Shown: positions 9,501-18,308, counted from the stretch's first letter. The stretch is 31,155 bases of DNA from Verrucomicrobiota bacterium (GCA_038214755.1 JBBQRQ010000060.1:1-31155); one strand, 5' to 3'. Made by a program: numbers and translations. Notes: generated from the letters alone by a model not told the origin.

Positions 9501-10652
9501 ATGGGCCTTTCGAGATTGTATTCTTTGAATCAAACCATGATACCGGCCCTGGATGTTCAAACTCCGTTTAATCCGACTCGCAAATTGGATCAGACAGCGA
9601 CGTGGCAGGTAAATGACCCGTTGGTTCACTATGCAGTTCGAGATTTGCTCGATACAACCAATGCCATCGTCAATACGGTGCGTATTCCTCCCGATGGTCC
9701 CCCACCGACAAATCATTTAATGCAATTAAGCGTTCGTTATCGTCCGTGGGGGGGGAATCATCCTCCAACTAAATTCGGTCAGAGTGATTTCAGCGAACCC
9801 GATGCCGAAGCTTACGATCTGACGGTAAAAGACCCATTAGTGCGTCAGTCGGATGATTGGGATTTCCCGACAAACAAATTTCCAAACATCGGTTGGCTTG
9901 GTCGTGTCCATCGCGGGACACCGTGGCAAACGATTTACTTGAAAGCAGCGGTGACGACCAACTGGTACAATTGGGCTGGTCACAATGAATCGCATCCCAC
10001 GAATGATTGGAGATTGATGGATGTATTTACAGCGTCAGCGAATGATAACGCTGCGCGCGGTTTGCTTTCGGTCAATCAAACCAATCAAGCGGCGTGGTCG
10101 GCAGCGTTGGGTGGTTTGATTGCGCTCTCAAATTCAATTGCCAAACCTAACGCGGGAAGTACCCCGCAATTTCAATCGGTCGTCATTCAGCCCAATTCGC
10201 CGCAACTCTTTGAAATTGTTAATAACCTCAACTCGATACGCACGAATCAGCCGAATCAAGTCTTTCATTCCATCGGAGATATTCTGGCCGCGCCTCAATT
10301 GAGTATGATGGTGGACACCAATGGCGCTTCCGGTTCGCGCTACTTGAATTTTTCTCAAGACCAGATTTCCTATGGGCTGACGGACGAAGCGGTGGAGCGG
10401 ATTCCCCGGCAACTCCTGTCGCTGCTGAAACTGGGCGAGCCGCGCTTTGTTATTTATTGCTACGGACAATCCCTTCGGCCGGCGAATAATTCGCTGGTGT
10501 TGAGTCCGCCGCTGGGCAGCGGCTTGTTCAACCTTTGCACCAATTATCAAATCACCGGCGAAGTTTTGACGCGCACCGTTCTGCATGTCGAAGGCACTCC
10601 TCAAAATCCAAGAGCGGTGATCGAAAGTTACAATGTTTTGCCAACAGATTGA
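6525..10652 (+). CDS. Very large PilX/GspK-like minor pilin (~1375 aa) with repeat-expanded leader
   Basis: QRG|VALVITLIMLSVITFLTIAFL at 6912 (no Glu5, as in PilX/GspK); GKININ and GLLSVN GspK-like motifs. ATG 6525 overlaps the upstream TGA. Confidence 0.8.
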   Translation: MKPQAQRNVAQVFNLPYRGFATRWMSRRLAGCKPAIQQLAKLRYACLRTVAQVSQPAVSPVSNRQGVKHSSVGRMEIRDMNGKERGQPCPREGGGVITQEIISVSKLADKAVRAPLGLGNTPSRCAQRGVALVITLIMLSVITFLTIAFLAISRRDRASVTTSINQTDARLMADAALARFQTELVSGMMARNDLMSYDLMLTRNYINPAGFNFNITTNDTNNVNYDFRTDNSPLTVPDQIRNIANLFFDPRPPVFVRTNTGLPALFDFRFYLDYNRNGRFETNGLVALQNDLGQPVRDGSGAIISNLFFGEPEWIGVLQHPELPHGPDNKFIGRYLYLALPIGKTLDLNYFHNYAKGNINLPAGMNMGDGFLRNQGFGSWELNLGAFLVDLNTNMYPQNPGVLYRYYPDVSAPTANTGTAFDDAVSFLGYRYGRNFNNLSSVGNLFGGVGQFAFQTDFIDGYSTRPVLTTPFVNVLDPDFKPNDLTGLPWSGSDNKNFFSNPQELFDNTNSPANFVNQLQLVSAKTNSHDRYTFSRLLEQLGMSSAPEVKGKININYTNDPALNTVSTTFVPWTPIQFFTNVADRLFKDNLVTLVVSPGVTNFYMFNTNAGNLVRAGFSYTNIQIYPTNEYTAPVHRLLQLAANIYDATTTNRFPTIFRPQFLGFPGRTFITNYVVETNSAFIGVLTNSPIQERTNVTVPNGFVWGVPLVVSAKKGFPNFNKFVLQTSAQVSRNLQLLRKDTNSLPTTTNQMLVVGISNLFGLEAWNSYTNIYPGNLRIIVTNSFTIALTNELRNIIWPSNGRPTNYGVAANITTNMWAPAPYMNSFLLPLGTRYFNFLTNSQYSAVTKTFRPGITNFESKVDYPDYIWGITMTNKLICMIIDITDPGNQRVVDFVNLDEMTTGIELTKELLGQDYASPPTLGASLSPVERVWKTNRIDGSTSVSVPTEGMRQQILFSMDAPKLPDADWTSYSPSTPVGPQRERAVDNFRKFMGLSRLYSLNQTMIPALDVQTPFNPTRKLDQTATWQVNDPLVHYAVRDLLDTTNAIVNTVRIPPDGPPPTNHLMQLSVRYRPWGGNHPPTKFGQSDFSEPDAEAYDLTVKDPLVRQSDDWDFPTNKFPNIGWLGRVHRGTPWQTIYLKAAVTTNWYNWAGHNESHPTNDWRLMDVFTASANDNAARGLLSVNQTNQAAWSAALGGLIALSNSIAKPNAGSTPQFQSVVIQPNSPQLFEIVNNLNSIRTNQPNQVFHSIGDILAAPQLSMMVDTNGASGSRYLNFSQDQISYGLTDEAVERIPRQLLSLLKLGEPRFVIYCYGQSLRPANNSLVLSPPLGSGLFNLCTNYQITGEVLTRTVLHVEGTPQNPRAVIESYNVLPTD
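6548..6720. repeat. GTAG-foot double-hairpin REP arms (one inverted pair plus a third arm), in frame
   Basis: GTAGCGCAGGTTTTCAACCTGCCGTATCGCGGGTTTGCAACCCGC (6549-6593); inverted partner 6612-6656; third arm GTAGCGCAGGTTTCTCAACCTGCTGTATCGCCGGTTTCTAACCGGC from 6672. Confidence 0.9.
6773..6868. repeat. GGAG-foot REP doublet, in frame
   Basis: GGAGCGCGGACAGCCGTGTCCGCG (6773-6796) and CGCGGACAAGGCTGTCCGCGCTCC (6845-6868): 24-bp inverted repeat with 1 mismatch. Confidence 0.9.
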
Positions 10653-10728
10653 TCGAATGGAAATGGAACGAAAATTTTGCCTGAATCGTAGCCGCCGACG
10701 TGAGGAGGCGGACTTAGCTGTAAGTCAT

Positions 10729-10902
10729 CAGTGGAGAAGGTTGCCCGCCCTCACCCTAGCCCTCTCCCCCGAGGAGAGGGGACCCGCCATCAGCGCGCTC
10801 GATCAGTTATGCAACGGTAATCCTTTCCCAGCACTGGATAACATTCTCCCTCTCCTCGGAGGAGAGGGCCGGGGTGAGGTCGAGCGTTTCTTTTCACTGA
10901 AT
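10729..10902 (+). mobile_element. MITE-like palindromic element, copy 2 (174 bp)
   Basis: CAGTG...CACTG termini; sub-terminal inverted CCCTCACCCTAGCCCTCTCC / GGAGAGGGCCGGGGTGAGG; 10843-10905 is identical to 11101-11163. Confidence 0.85.
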
Positions 10903-10926
10903 GGTTTGGGTTTAGCCCGAACTGAT

Positions 10927-11160
10927 CAGTGGAGAGGGTTGTTCGCCCTCACCCTAGCCCTCTCCCCCAGGGAGAGGGGACAGCGATTGGCGTCTGTCGA
11001 AAGTTTGCGGCGCGTTGGACCAATTTCCGCCTCTATGTTATTCGGAGAGAGAAGTCGCGCTAAGGTTAAGCGCCTCCCAATTATCAAAACGCGGCCAACG
11101 ATTCTCCCTCTCCTCGGAGGAGAGGGCCGGGGTGAGGTCGAGCGTTTCTTTTCACTGAAT
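10927..11160 (+). mobile_element. MITE-like palindromic element, copy 3 (234 bp)
   Basis: Same ends as copy 2 with a longer interior. Confidence 0.85.
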
Positions 11161-11303
11161 GGTGGCGCTTGGGAAATGCGCGCGGAATCCGCCTCCTCAC
11201 GTCGACGGCTACGGGAAAGGTTTGTTATTGGTCGGGCTTTTTTCTGTGATATGTTGGACGACTCACGATTTAAAAACGTCGGCGGTTTGGCCGGCTTGAA
11301 CGT

Positions 11304-14300
11304 ATGAAATCTAGAACCTGGTTTTTGTTGAGCATCGCGCTTTTTATCGCGGCCGCTTTTTTTTGGCGGCTCGGTGAACAGAAACGTTTGGCGCAACAAA
11401 ATGCCAAACAGCCCGCCGCCGTCAGCGCGAAAAAGTCGGGCCCCATTTCGAGTCAGGTTTCGTCGAAAACTATTTCGCCGAAAAAGCCCCCGACAGATTC
11501 TTTGCCAGCGGAGACGAACGCGACGAATTCAAAATCGCTTTATCCCAATCGCCTGAGCAACACGACCAAGACCATCGATCAATTGGCGCGGGACAACCAA
11601 GCGATTTTGCTGCGCAACGCGCTGATCGATACACGAGTTGAAGCGCCGAATATTCCCGAGCATCTCCGCGCGAAAGGCGATCCGGGAAGTTACATCGTGC
11701 AAGCGCGCGGGCCATTGACCGATTTATTTCGAGCCGAACTAAGCGCGGCCAAGGCTGAGATCGTTTCGTATGTGCCGAACAACGCTTATCTGGTGCGAAT
11801 GAATCGCGGAGGCGTCGAGAAATTGATGGGCAACAAAGATGTGGAATCCATTTTGCCCTATGAGCCTTATTACAAACTCGACACGGATTTACTGGAGCTG
11901 GCAGTCAAGAAGGAAGCGTTGTCACTCGACAAAATTGTTCGCGTCACTTGGTTTCCGGGACAACTCGATGCGGGCGTCAAAGCATTGCCGAAAGGCAGCG
12001 TGGTGGGAGAGGATTTGAAAAGTTCTCCCTTCGGACCGGAGTCCCTCGTTTCTACGGCGGACCTGGTTGCGCTCGCGAATTTGCCTGAAGTGCAGGGTGT
12101 CGAGCGTTCTTATGAGCGCACGCTTTTCAATGACTTGACACGAGTCCGTCTCGGGATCTCAACGAATAGTTTAATAACGACGCTGAACCATCAAGGGCTG
12201 ACGGGCTCGAATGTTTTCGTGAACGTCAACGACACCACGATTGATAACGGCCATCCTGATTTGACTCCGCGAATTTTTCCGGGCGCTGGAGTAGGCATCA
12301 CGGACACGGACGGCCACGGGACGATGGTCGCAGGAATCATTACGAGCAGCGGCGCACCGGACCAGCCGAACGGGACCAACGTTCCAGGCTCGGTAGCAGG
12401 AGCGGATTTTCGCGGCAAGGCTCCCGCGGCTAAGATTTTTTCGCTCGATATTTTTGCCGGCTTGAGCGATTGGCAGTTGCAGGAGACCGCGGCGCGCACC
12501 AACCTTTTTGCCTTCAACCGCAACTCACCTTTGATCTCGAATAACAGTTGGGGTTACGGCTCCAGTTCCTACAATTCGGCCGCAGCCAGTTATGACATGG
12601 CGGTGCGCGACGCTATTCCGGGGGTCACCAATTCTCAACCGATGATTTATGTTTTTGCGGCGGGCAACGGCGGCGGTGGCAATAACAATGGGCAAGGTGG
12701 TTTTTCTGGATCGGTGATTTCTCCATCGACGGCGAAAAACGTGATCACCGTTGGCGTGTTGGAAAATCCGCGCAACATCACCAACGACATCATTCGTCCA
12801 AATCGTTCGTGCGTGATCGTAACTAACAAGGAATTTCTCGGCTTGACCGACAGCTCGAATCAGGTGGCGTTCCTTTCCAGTCGCGGAAATGTCGGTGTCA
12901 GTCTGGAAGGAACTTTCGGACGATTCAAACCGGACGTGGTGGCGCCGGGAACCTTTATAGTTTCGACCCGTTCGCGGCAACTGGATGAGGGCGTTTATTA
13001 CAGCACCACGAATTTCATCGTGAACACGTTTCGCAATCTGGTGATCGATCCGGGCGATACGAACCGGTTTTCTATTTTTGTGCCAGACGATCCGTGTGAT
13101 GAAGGCAGAGCGATCTCTTTCAGCATTGATACGCTCGCCAATGGAAATTCGCCCAGCCCATTTCCTCCGCTGAGAATTTTTGTGGATACCGCGCCGGTTC
13201 CTTCGGCTGCTCCGGCCAACTTCGTTGCGACGAATTCGGTGACGCTGGTTCCGGGCGACGCCAAGTTTGCGCGCGGAACGGTGGTGTATTACGACATCGT
13301 CAACACGAACTCCATCGAGGTGAATTACAATTTGCGGACGGAGATCGTGGTCACGAATGATTACGGAAATTATTTTAAGGTGCTGAAAAGTTTGAACGAC
13401 AGTCTCGGCACGAATTATTTTTATCGAACAGGCTCGAGCATGGCGGCTCCGGCCATCTCCGGAATGCTGGCGTTGATGCAGGAATTTTTTGAGAAGAAAT
13501 TATCGCCTCCCCTGACGAACAGCCCGGCGATGATGAAGGCGTTGTTGATCAACTGCGCGCGTTCTCCAAACGACTTGCTCTACAAACTCGATGCGACCAG
13601 CAGCTTGAATATTGCCGGCTGGGGTCTGCCCAATTTGACTCGCGCATTGCCGGCCATTCTTCTGACTGCTCCGACCAATGAGTGGCCAATCCAGATGATC
13701 GATCAAAGCACGAATGACGCATTGGCTACGGGCGAGACTTATACTCGCAACATCACGGTGGCTGATACGAATTCTCCATTGCGGATCACGTTGGTTTGGA
13801 CCGATCCGCCGGGCAACCCGCAGGTTGGCGTGAAGCTGGTCAACGATCTCGATCTGGTCGTGAAGACAGTTGTGACCAATGTGATCGGAACCAATATGAC
13901 TGTCAGCACGAACATTTATTTTGGAAATCATTTTACCGGCGGCAGCCAATTCACCGACCCGATTGATGTGGGCACCAATGCATTGGCCAGCTTTGATGCG
14001 GCGCGAGATGTGGTGAACAATGTAGAGAACGTTTACATCAATGGCCCATTGAGCGGCGCATATGAAGTTTCCGTCGTTGCCCGAAGAGTAAACGTCAACG
14101 CGGTGCGAGCGCACACCAATGGCATTGTGCAGGATTATGCTTTGGTTATTTCCAGTGGGAACCTCACGACGAATGCGCCTTTTGCGATTGCACCCGCCAC
14201 ACCCCCTCTTGTCTCGGACCCACGACCGTTTGTGACCAATGTTGTTACCGTCATCACCAATGGCATCGCTCTGCTGAATCAACGAGTAGGAGCTAACGCG

Positions 14301-17300
14301 CCCTTGCTCAACCTCAATGCGAGCGGCCTCTCCGATGGGATCACCAACCAATGGAATTTTTACGCGATCAACGCGGGTAACTTGCCTAACGTTGCCTTTC
14401 TCACTTTTCTGCCGCCGAATCTTTCGGGCACGACCAACGTATCTCCGAATAGCCGTCGCAATGTGGAGGCAGATATCGACATGTATGTTTCGACAGACCC
14501 GACCTTGACTAACCTTAACCCGATTGCGATTGCCAATGCGGACAAATCGCGGGGACGGGGTGGGCAGGAGTTGATTATTTATACCAACGCAAACCAGCCG
14601 ACGTTTTATGTGGGGATCAAGTCGGAGGATCAACAGGGCGCGGAGTACAGTTTCTTCGGCATTGCGAGCGCGCTACCGTTTAGCCAGGACAATGGAAACG
14701 GTGGATTAATTTTACGCAACATCGTTCCTATTCCCGGTGGTAATCCCATTACAGATGGCGCGCCGGAAAAGCCGGGCGGCGGTTATTCCTTCGCCTTCGC
14801 TACTAAGCCTATCAACGTGGCGCGGGTCATCGTGACCAATACGTTTACTCACGAACGCATCGGGGATCTCTTGGGAACGTTAACGCATAGCGATACCTTT
14901 GCGGTTTTGAATAATCATAGTTTCCCGGTCAGCCCGGCGTTTCCAGATGGTCAGGAATCGGGAACGTTCACCGGAATTTATGATGACAGCGAACTTGGGA
15001 ATATCACTGGAAGCCGAACGACGGACGGACCGGGTAGCTTGAATGACTTTGTCGGGCAGGAAGGTGTGGGCGCATGGATGCTGACGATGGAAGATAACGC
15101 GCTCAATGCCACGGGTCGGGTGGATTTCTTGGCCCTCTACCTTGAGCGCTCTTTGGATACGAACCAACTGACGAGTGGCAGTGGGTTTACCATTTCTTCT
15201 ACGCAGATTCCTGGAGGAGAATCACGCGCTCTAAACTTTGTCGTTCCCGCCGGCGCGACGAACATGATTATTAGAATCGCTCCAAAGGAAGGGCCAATTG
15301 ACCTTGTCGTTCGCCGGGGCTTGAAGTCTCCCACTCGAGTCGCGCCGGGCGGCCCTTATGTCGAGTACGGAAAACTGATCAACCCGCCGGGCGGGAGCTT
15401 GACTATCGGACTTACCAACACGCCGCCACTGCGACCCGGAAGATATTCGTTGCGATTGTTTAACGATGGAGGCAGTCCCGTCACGGTGAGCGGCACGGTG
15501 ACGTTTGAATTGAATCTGAGCGCGGCTTCGTTCCAATCGTTTGTTTCAAGTGCGGGAAAGGCGATTCTGGATGACGCGGTGACGAACTCGACGATCAATG
15601 TCAATCGTGGCGGGCGCGTCGTGGATATAGAAGTAGGAGTGCGCATCGATCATCCGCGCGTCTCTGATTTGGTGTTGCATCTGGTGAGCCCGCAGGGCAC
15701 TCGAATTTTGCTCGCGGAAAATCGCGGCGGCCTGAGCACCAATGGATACGGAACGAGCACATTGACCACCAATGTCTTTCCGGTGACTTCCACCGGCGAC
15801 GCCAATCCCAACACCAATATTTTTTCCACCGCGCAAAATTCCGGGACGATAAATATCGACTATGATTTCTTTCAGGTGCCCGACCAACTGCAAATTTATT
15901 ATGATGGTCTTTTGATCTACGATACAGGTCTGATTAGCGGCGCCGGCACTATCTCCGTTCCATTTGGACCCGGCTTAAGCACTAACGTTGTGGTCGTGGT
16001 CAATGGCCAGGGTAATCCCAACCCCACGACCCAGTGGAGATATACAGCGACGCTGTTTAGCGGGCAGATTATTTACACGATATTTTCCGAAAATACGAAT
16101 CGCGCCATCGTGCCCATAAAATTTGCCCCGCCGCCTTTTGCGATTGTAAGTGGCGCTAGTAACCTCACGTTGTTAACCAGCGGTTTCGAAGGCCAGACTG
16201 CCGGCGCCTATACCAATGGTCAGTCAGTGGATGGATGGATTGTGACGAACAATCAAGTGGGTCTTATCAGTGACCCTGCGCTGGCCCAGGCAGGTTCTAA
16301 TTTTCTGGCGTTAAGCAGCGGAACAATCATGCGCACACTACCCACCACTGCGGGCCGACCGTATTCACTCTCCTACGCGCATCGAGGGCCGGGTATCACC
16401 GATTGGTGGCCTGCTGAAGGGAATGCTATCGATCTGATTGGAGGAAACAACGGGACTGTATCCTCGGGCGTAACCTACGTCGCGGGAAAAGTGGGATCGG
16501 CATTTAACTTCGACGGCAGCACAAACCCGGTAGTCAATTTTGGTTCGACCGCAGGAAATTTTGGAACGAATGATTTTGCAATCGAGTTTTGGATAAGGAC
16601 AAGCTCGACGCGCTTTGAAGAAGCCTTGATGGAGAAACGGTCTGTTTGCAATGGTTCACAATCTCTTTTCGAACTCCGTATTGGCGGGCCGGGTGTGGGC
16701 GTTGGACATTTAGCAGCCGAACTATTGAGCGCAGGAGGTGTCAATTATGGTTCGTTAGTAAGCGCACGAACGATTAACGACGGGATTTTCCATCATATAA
16801 GCCTTGTCCGCGAAAAGACAAATTTGTCGTTTTATATCGATGGCATTTTAGACCGAACCACCGCAACGCCGGGGATTGCGAATGTGAATAATGGGTCGAA
16901 TTTTAAGATTGGACAAAGTATTTGCCAATGCTGTGATGGCACAGTGCCGTTCACTGGCGTGCTGGATGAGTTGGCGCTTTTCAACCGGGCACTTTCTCCC
17001 GTTGAAATCGCCGCAATCTATGGTGCCGGCTCCGTTGGGAAGTTCACTCCCGTCTCTCCCATACCCAACGCGCAAGTCCGCATCGGTGGTAATACAAATA
17101 TTCTGGTCAATAATAGCCTTAACTGGCAGATAGAAAATTTCGGTTTCACGGCTCTAACCAGCGGCACTATAGCGGAGTTAGAGGGCAATCCGCTTAGCAT
17201 CCTGTTCGACTCCTTCCAGTTGGATGAATTGCCCTCTACTAATAATTATTTTCTGCCGGAAGAATCGTTAAAGACTCTCATCGGTGAGGGCGCGAGAGGT

Positions 17301-18308
17301 GAGTGGCAACTGGAAGTCTGGGACAATCGCGCGGGCGCTCCGCTGGCACAACTGGTCAGTTGGAGACTGGACCTTACCTTCGCCTCTATTGGCGCGGCGG
17401 CTGCGAAGATTTCCAGTGGAGTAAGCGCCAACAACACGGTCAATGGCGCGGAGATCAAATATTTCATTGTCGATGTGCCGATTTTCGCCAGCCAGGCGAC
17501 CAATACATTGGTCAGTGGTGGAGGACCGTTGAACCTTCTGTTCAATCAAGACCAATTGCCCGTGGGTAACCCGGCGTTTGGGGACGCGACTCTTCTTTTC
17601 GGAACGGTCAATGGGACGAAAGTTCTGACTACGACAACCTTGCCCATGCTGGAGGCGGGTCGCCGTTATTATCTCGGCGTGCAAAATGTTAGCGCAGCAC
17701 AGACTAACTCCTTCACTTTGACGGTTACCTTCGACGATACCAATAATCTCGTCACCGTCACGCCGCTGCAAAATGCGGTGCCCATTTCGACCAACATTCC
17801 TCTCAGCACCAGCATCCACTATTATCAATACGATCTGGCAAACAGCGTCACTTCAATTGAGTTCAAGCTCTTCAACCTGAGCGCTGATGCGGACCTGGTC
17901 GTTCGACGCGGCTCTTTGCCCAGTCCTACCGGCTTTGATTACAACAGCAACAACGGCGGGACAAACCAGGACATCATCAATGTGCTTAACCCCGCGCCGG
18001 GTCGCTATTACCTTGGTGTGTATGGGTTCTTTCCCACCAATGGGATTACCTATTCCATCATGGCAACAGAAGGACCTGCTGCCGCCCCGCCGTTCGCGAT
18101 GTTGTCGCCCAGCATTTCCGCGAGCAACTTTCAAGTCACGGCCAACACCATCATTGGGCGGCAATATCAATTTGAAGTTTCGACCAACCTCATCACCTGG
18201 TCGCTCGTCTCCACCACCACCGCAACCGCAAATGTCACTACCTTCACGGATACAACTCCGCCTCCAACTCAGACTGCGCGCTTCTATCGACTAAGGTTGC
18301 TGCCTTGA
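11304..18308 (+). CDS. Giant secreted/anchored S8 (subtilisin-like) serine peptidase with P (proprotein convertase), LamG and PPC-like domains
   Basis: N-terminal hydrophobic anchor; triad motifs VNDTTID, DGHGTMVAG, FAAGNG, KPDVVAPG, TGSSMAAP; ITLVWTDPPG..LVNDLDL; P-domain motifs (H.RIGDL, H.RVSDL.L.LVSP.G, G.W.L.V.D); LamG (WWPAEG...FTGVLDELALFNRALS); PPC (ADLVVRRG...PGRYYLGVYG). Confidence 0.92.
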   Translation: MKSRTWFLLSIALFIAAAFFWRLGEQKRLAQQNAKQPAAVSAKKSGPISSQVSSKTISPKKPPTDSLPAETNATNSKSLYPNRLSNTTKTIDQLARDNQAILLRNALIDTRVEAPNIPEHLRAKGDPGSYIVQARGPLTDLFRAELSAAKAEIVSYVPNNAYLVRMNRGGVEKLMGNKDVESILPYEPYYKLDTDLLELAVKKEALSLDKIVRVTWFPGQLDAGVKALPKGSVVGEDLKSSPFGPESLVSTADLVALANLPEVQGVERSYERTLFNDLTRVRLGISTNSLITTLNHQGLTGSNVFVNVNDTTIDNGHPDLTPRIFPGAGVGITDTDGHGTMVAGIITSSGAPDQPNGTNVPGSVAGADFRGKAPAAKIFSLDIFAGLSDWQLQETAARTNLFAFNRNSPLISNNSWGYGSSSYNSAAASYDMAVRDAIPGVTNSQPMIYVFAAGNGGGGNNNGQGGFSGSVISPSTAKNVITVGVLENPRNITNDIIRPNRSCVIVTNKEFLGLTDSSNQVAFLSSRGNVGVSLEGTFGRFKPDVVAPGTFIVSTRSRQLDEGVYYSTTNFIVNTFRNLVIDPGDTNRFSIFVPDDPCDEGRAISFSIDTLANGNSPSPFPPLRIFVDTAPVPSAAPANFVATNSVTLVPGDAKFARGTVVYYDIVNTNSIEVNYNLRTEIVVTNDYGNYFKVLKSLNDSLGTNYFYRTGSSMAAPAISGMLALMQEFFEKKLSPPLTNSPAMMKALLINCARSPNDLLYKLDATSSLNIAGWGLPNLTRALPAILLTAPTNEWPIQMIDQSTNDALATGETYTRNITVADTNSPLRITLVWTDPPGNPQVGVKLVNDLDLVVKTVVTNVIGTNMTVSTNIYFGNHFTGGSQFTDPIDVGTNALASFDAARDVVNNVENVYINGPLSGAYEVSVVARRVNVNAVRAHTNGIVQDYALVISSGNLTTNAPFAIAPATPPLVSDPRPFVTNVVTVITNGIALLNQRVGANAPLLNLNASGLSDGITNQWNFYAINAGNLPNVAFLTFLPPNLSGTTNVSPNSRRNVEADIDMYVSTDPTLTNLNPIAIANADKSRGRGGQELIIYTNANQPTFYVGIKSEDQQGAEYSFFGIASALPFSQDNGNGGLILRNIVPIPGGNPITDGAPEKPGGGYSFAFATKPINVARVIVTNTFTHERIGDLLGTLTHSDTFAVLNNHSFPVSPAFPDGQESGTFTGIYDDSELGNITGSRTTDGPGSLNDFVGQEGVGAWMLTMEDNALNATGRVDFLALYLERSLDTNQLTSGSGFTISSTQIPGGESRALNFVVPAGATNMIIRIAPKEGPIDLVVRRGLKSPTRVAPGGPYVEYGKLINPPGGSLTIGLTNTPPLRPGRYSLRLFNDGGSPVTVSGTVTFELNLSAASFQSFVSSAGKAILDDAVTNSTINVNRGGRVVDIEVGVRIDHPRVSDLVLHLVSPQGTRILLAENRGGLSTNGYGTSTLTTNVFPVTSTGDANPNTNIFSTAQNSGTINIDYDFFQVPDQLQIYYDGLLIYDTGLISGAGTISVPFGPGLSTNVVVVVNGQGNPNPTTQWRYTATLFSGQIIYTIFSENTNRAIVPIKFAPPPFAIVSGASNLTLLTSGFEGQTAGAYTNGQSVDGWIVTNNQVGLISDPALAQAGSNFLALSSGTIMRTLPTTAGRPYSLSYAHRGPGITDWWPAEGNAIDLIGGNNGTVSSGVTYVAGKVGSAFNFDGSTNPVVNFGSTAGNFGTNDFAIEFWIRTSSTRFEEALMEKRSVCNGSQSLFELRIGGPGVGVGHLAAELLSAGGVNYGSLVSARTINDGIFHHISLVREKTNLSFYIDGILDRTTATPGIANVNNGSNFKIGQSICQCCDGTVPFTGVLDELALFNRALSPVEIAAIYGAGSVGKFTPVSPIPNAQVRIGGNTNILVNNSLNWQIENFGFTALTSGTIAELEGNPLSILFDSFQLDELPSTNNYFLPEESLKTLIGEGARGEWQLEVWDNRAGAPLAQLVSWRLDLTFASIGAAAAKISSGVSANNTVNGAEIKYFIVDVPIFASQATNTLVSGGGPLNLLFNQDQLPVGNPAFGDATLLFGTVNGTKVLTTTTLPMLEAGRRYYLGVQNVSAAQTNSFTLTVTFDDTNNLVTVTPLQNAVPISTNIPLSTSIHYYQYDLANSVTSIEFKLFNLSADADLVVRRGSLPSPTGFDYNSNNGGTNQDIINVLNPAPGRYYLGVYGFFPTNGITYSIMATEGPAAAPPFAMLSPSISASNFQVTANTIIGRQYQFEVSTNLITWSLVSTTTATANVTTFTDTTPPPTQTARFYRLRLLP

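Larger units (their letters stand above)
10687..11213. repeat. REP doublet arms enclosing two tandem MITE-like elements
   Basis: CGTAGCCGCCGACGTGAGGAGGCGGA (10687-10712) and its inverted copy 11188-11213 (1 mismatch). Confidence 0.9.

Noticed and set aside
10687..11213. CRISPR array interpretation of the repeats
   Set aside because: Only two long direct units plus inverted arms; no constant-length unique spacers and no cas genes.
13500..14633. Long antisense ORFs (also 9039-9716, 19358-20161, 28210-29088, 2679-3272, 10926-11399)
   Set aside because: Shadow frames of well-supported genes or repeats; no recognisable motifs.
11304..18308. Subtilase as the mycosin (MycP) of the T7-like locus
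   Set aside because: Opposite strand, convergent, about five times mycosin size, no C-terminal TM; co-oriented with the pilin cluster instead.
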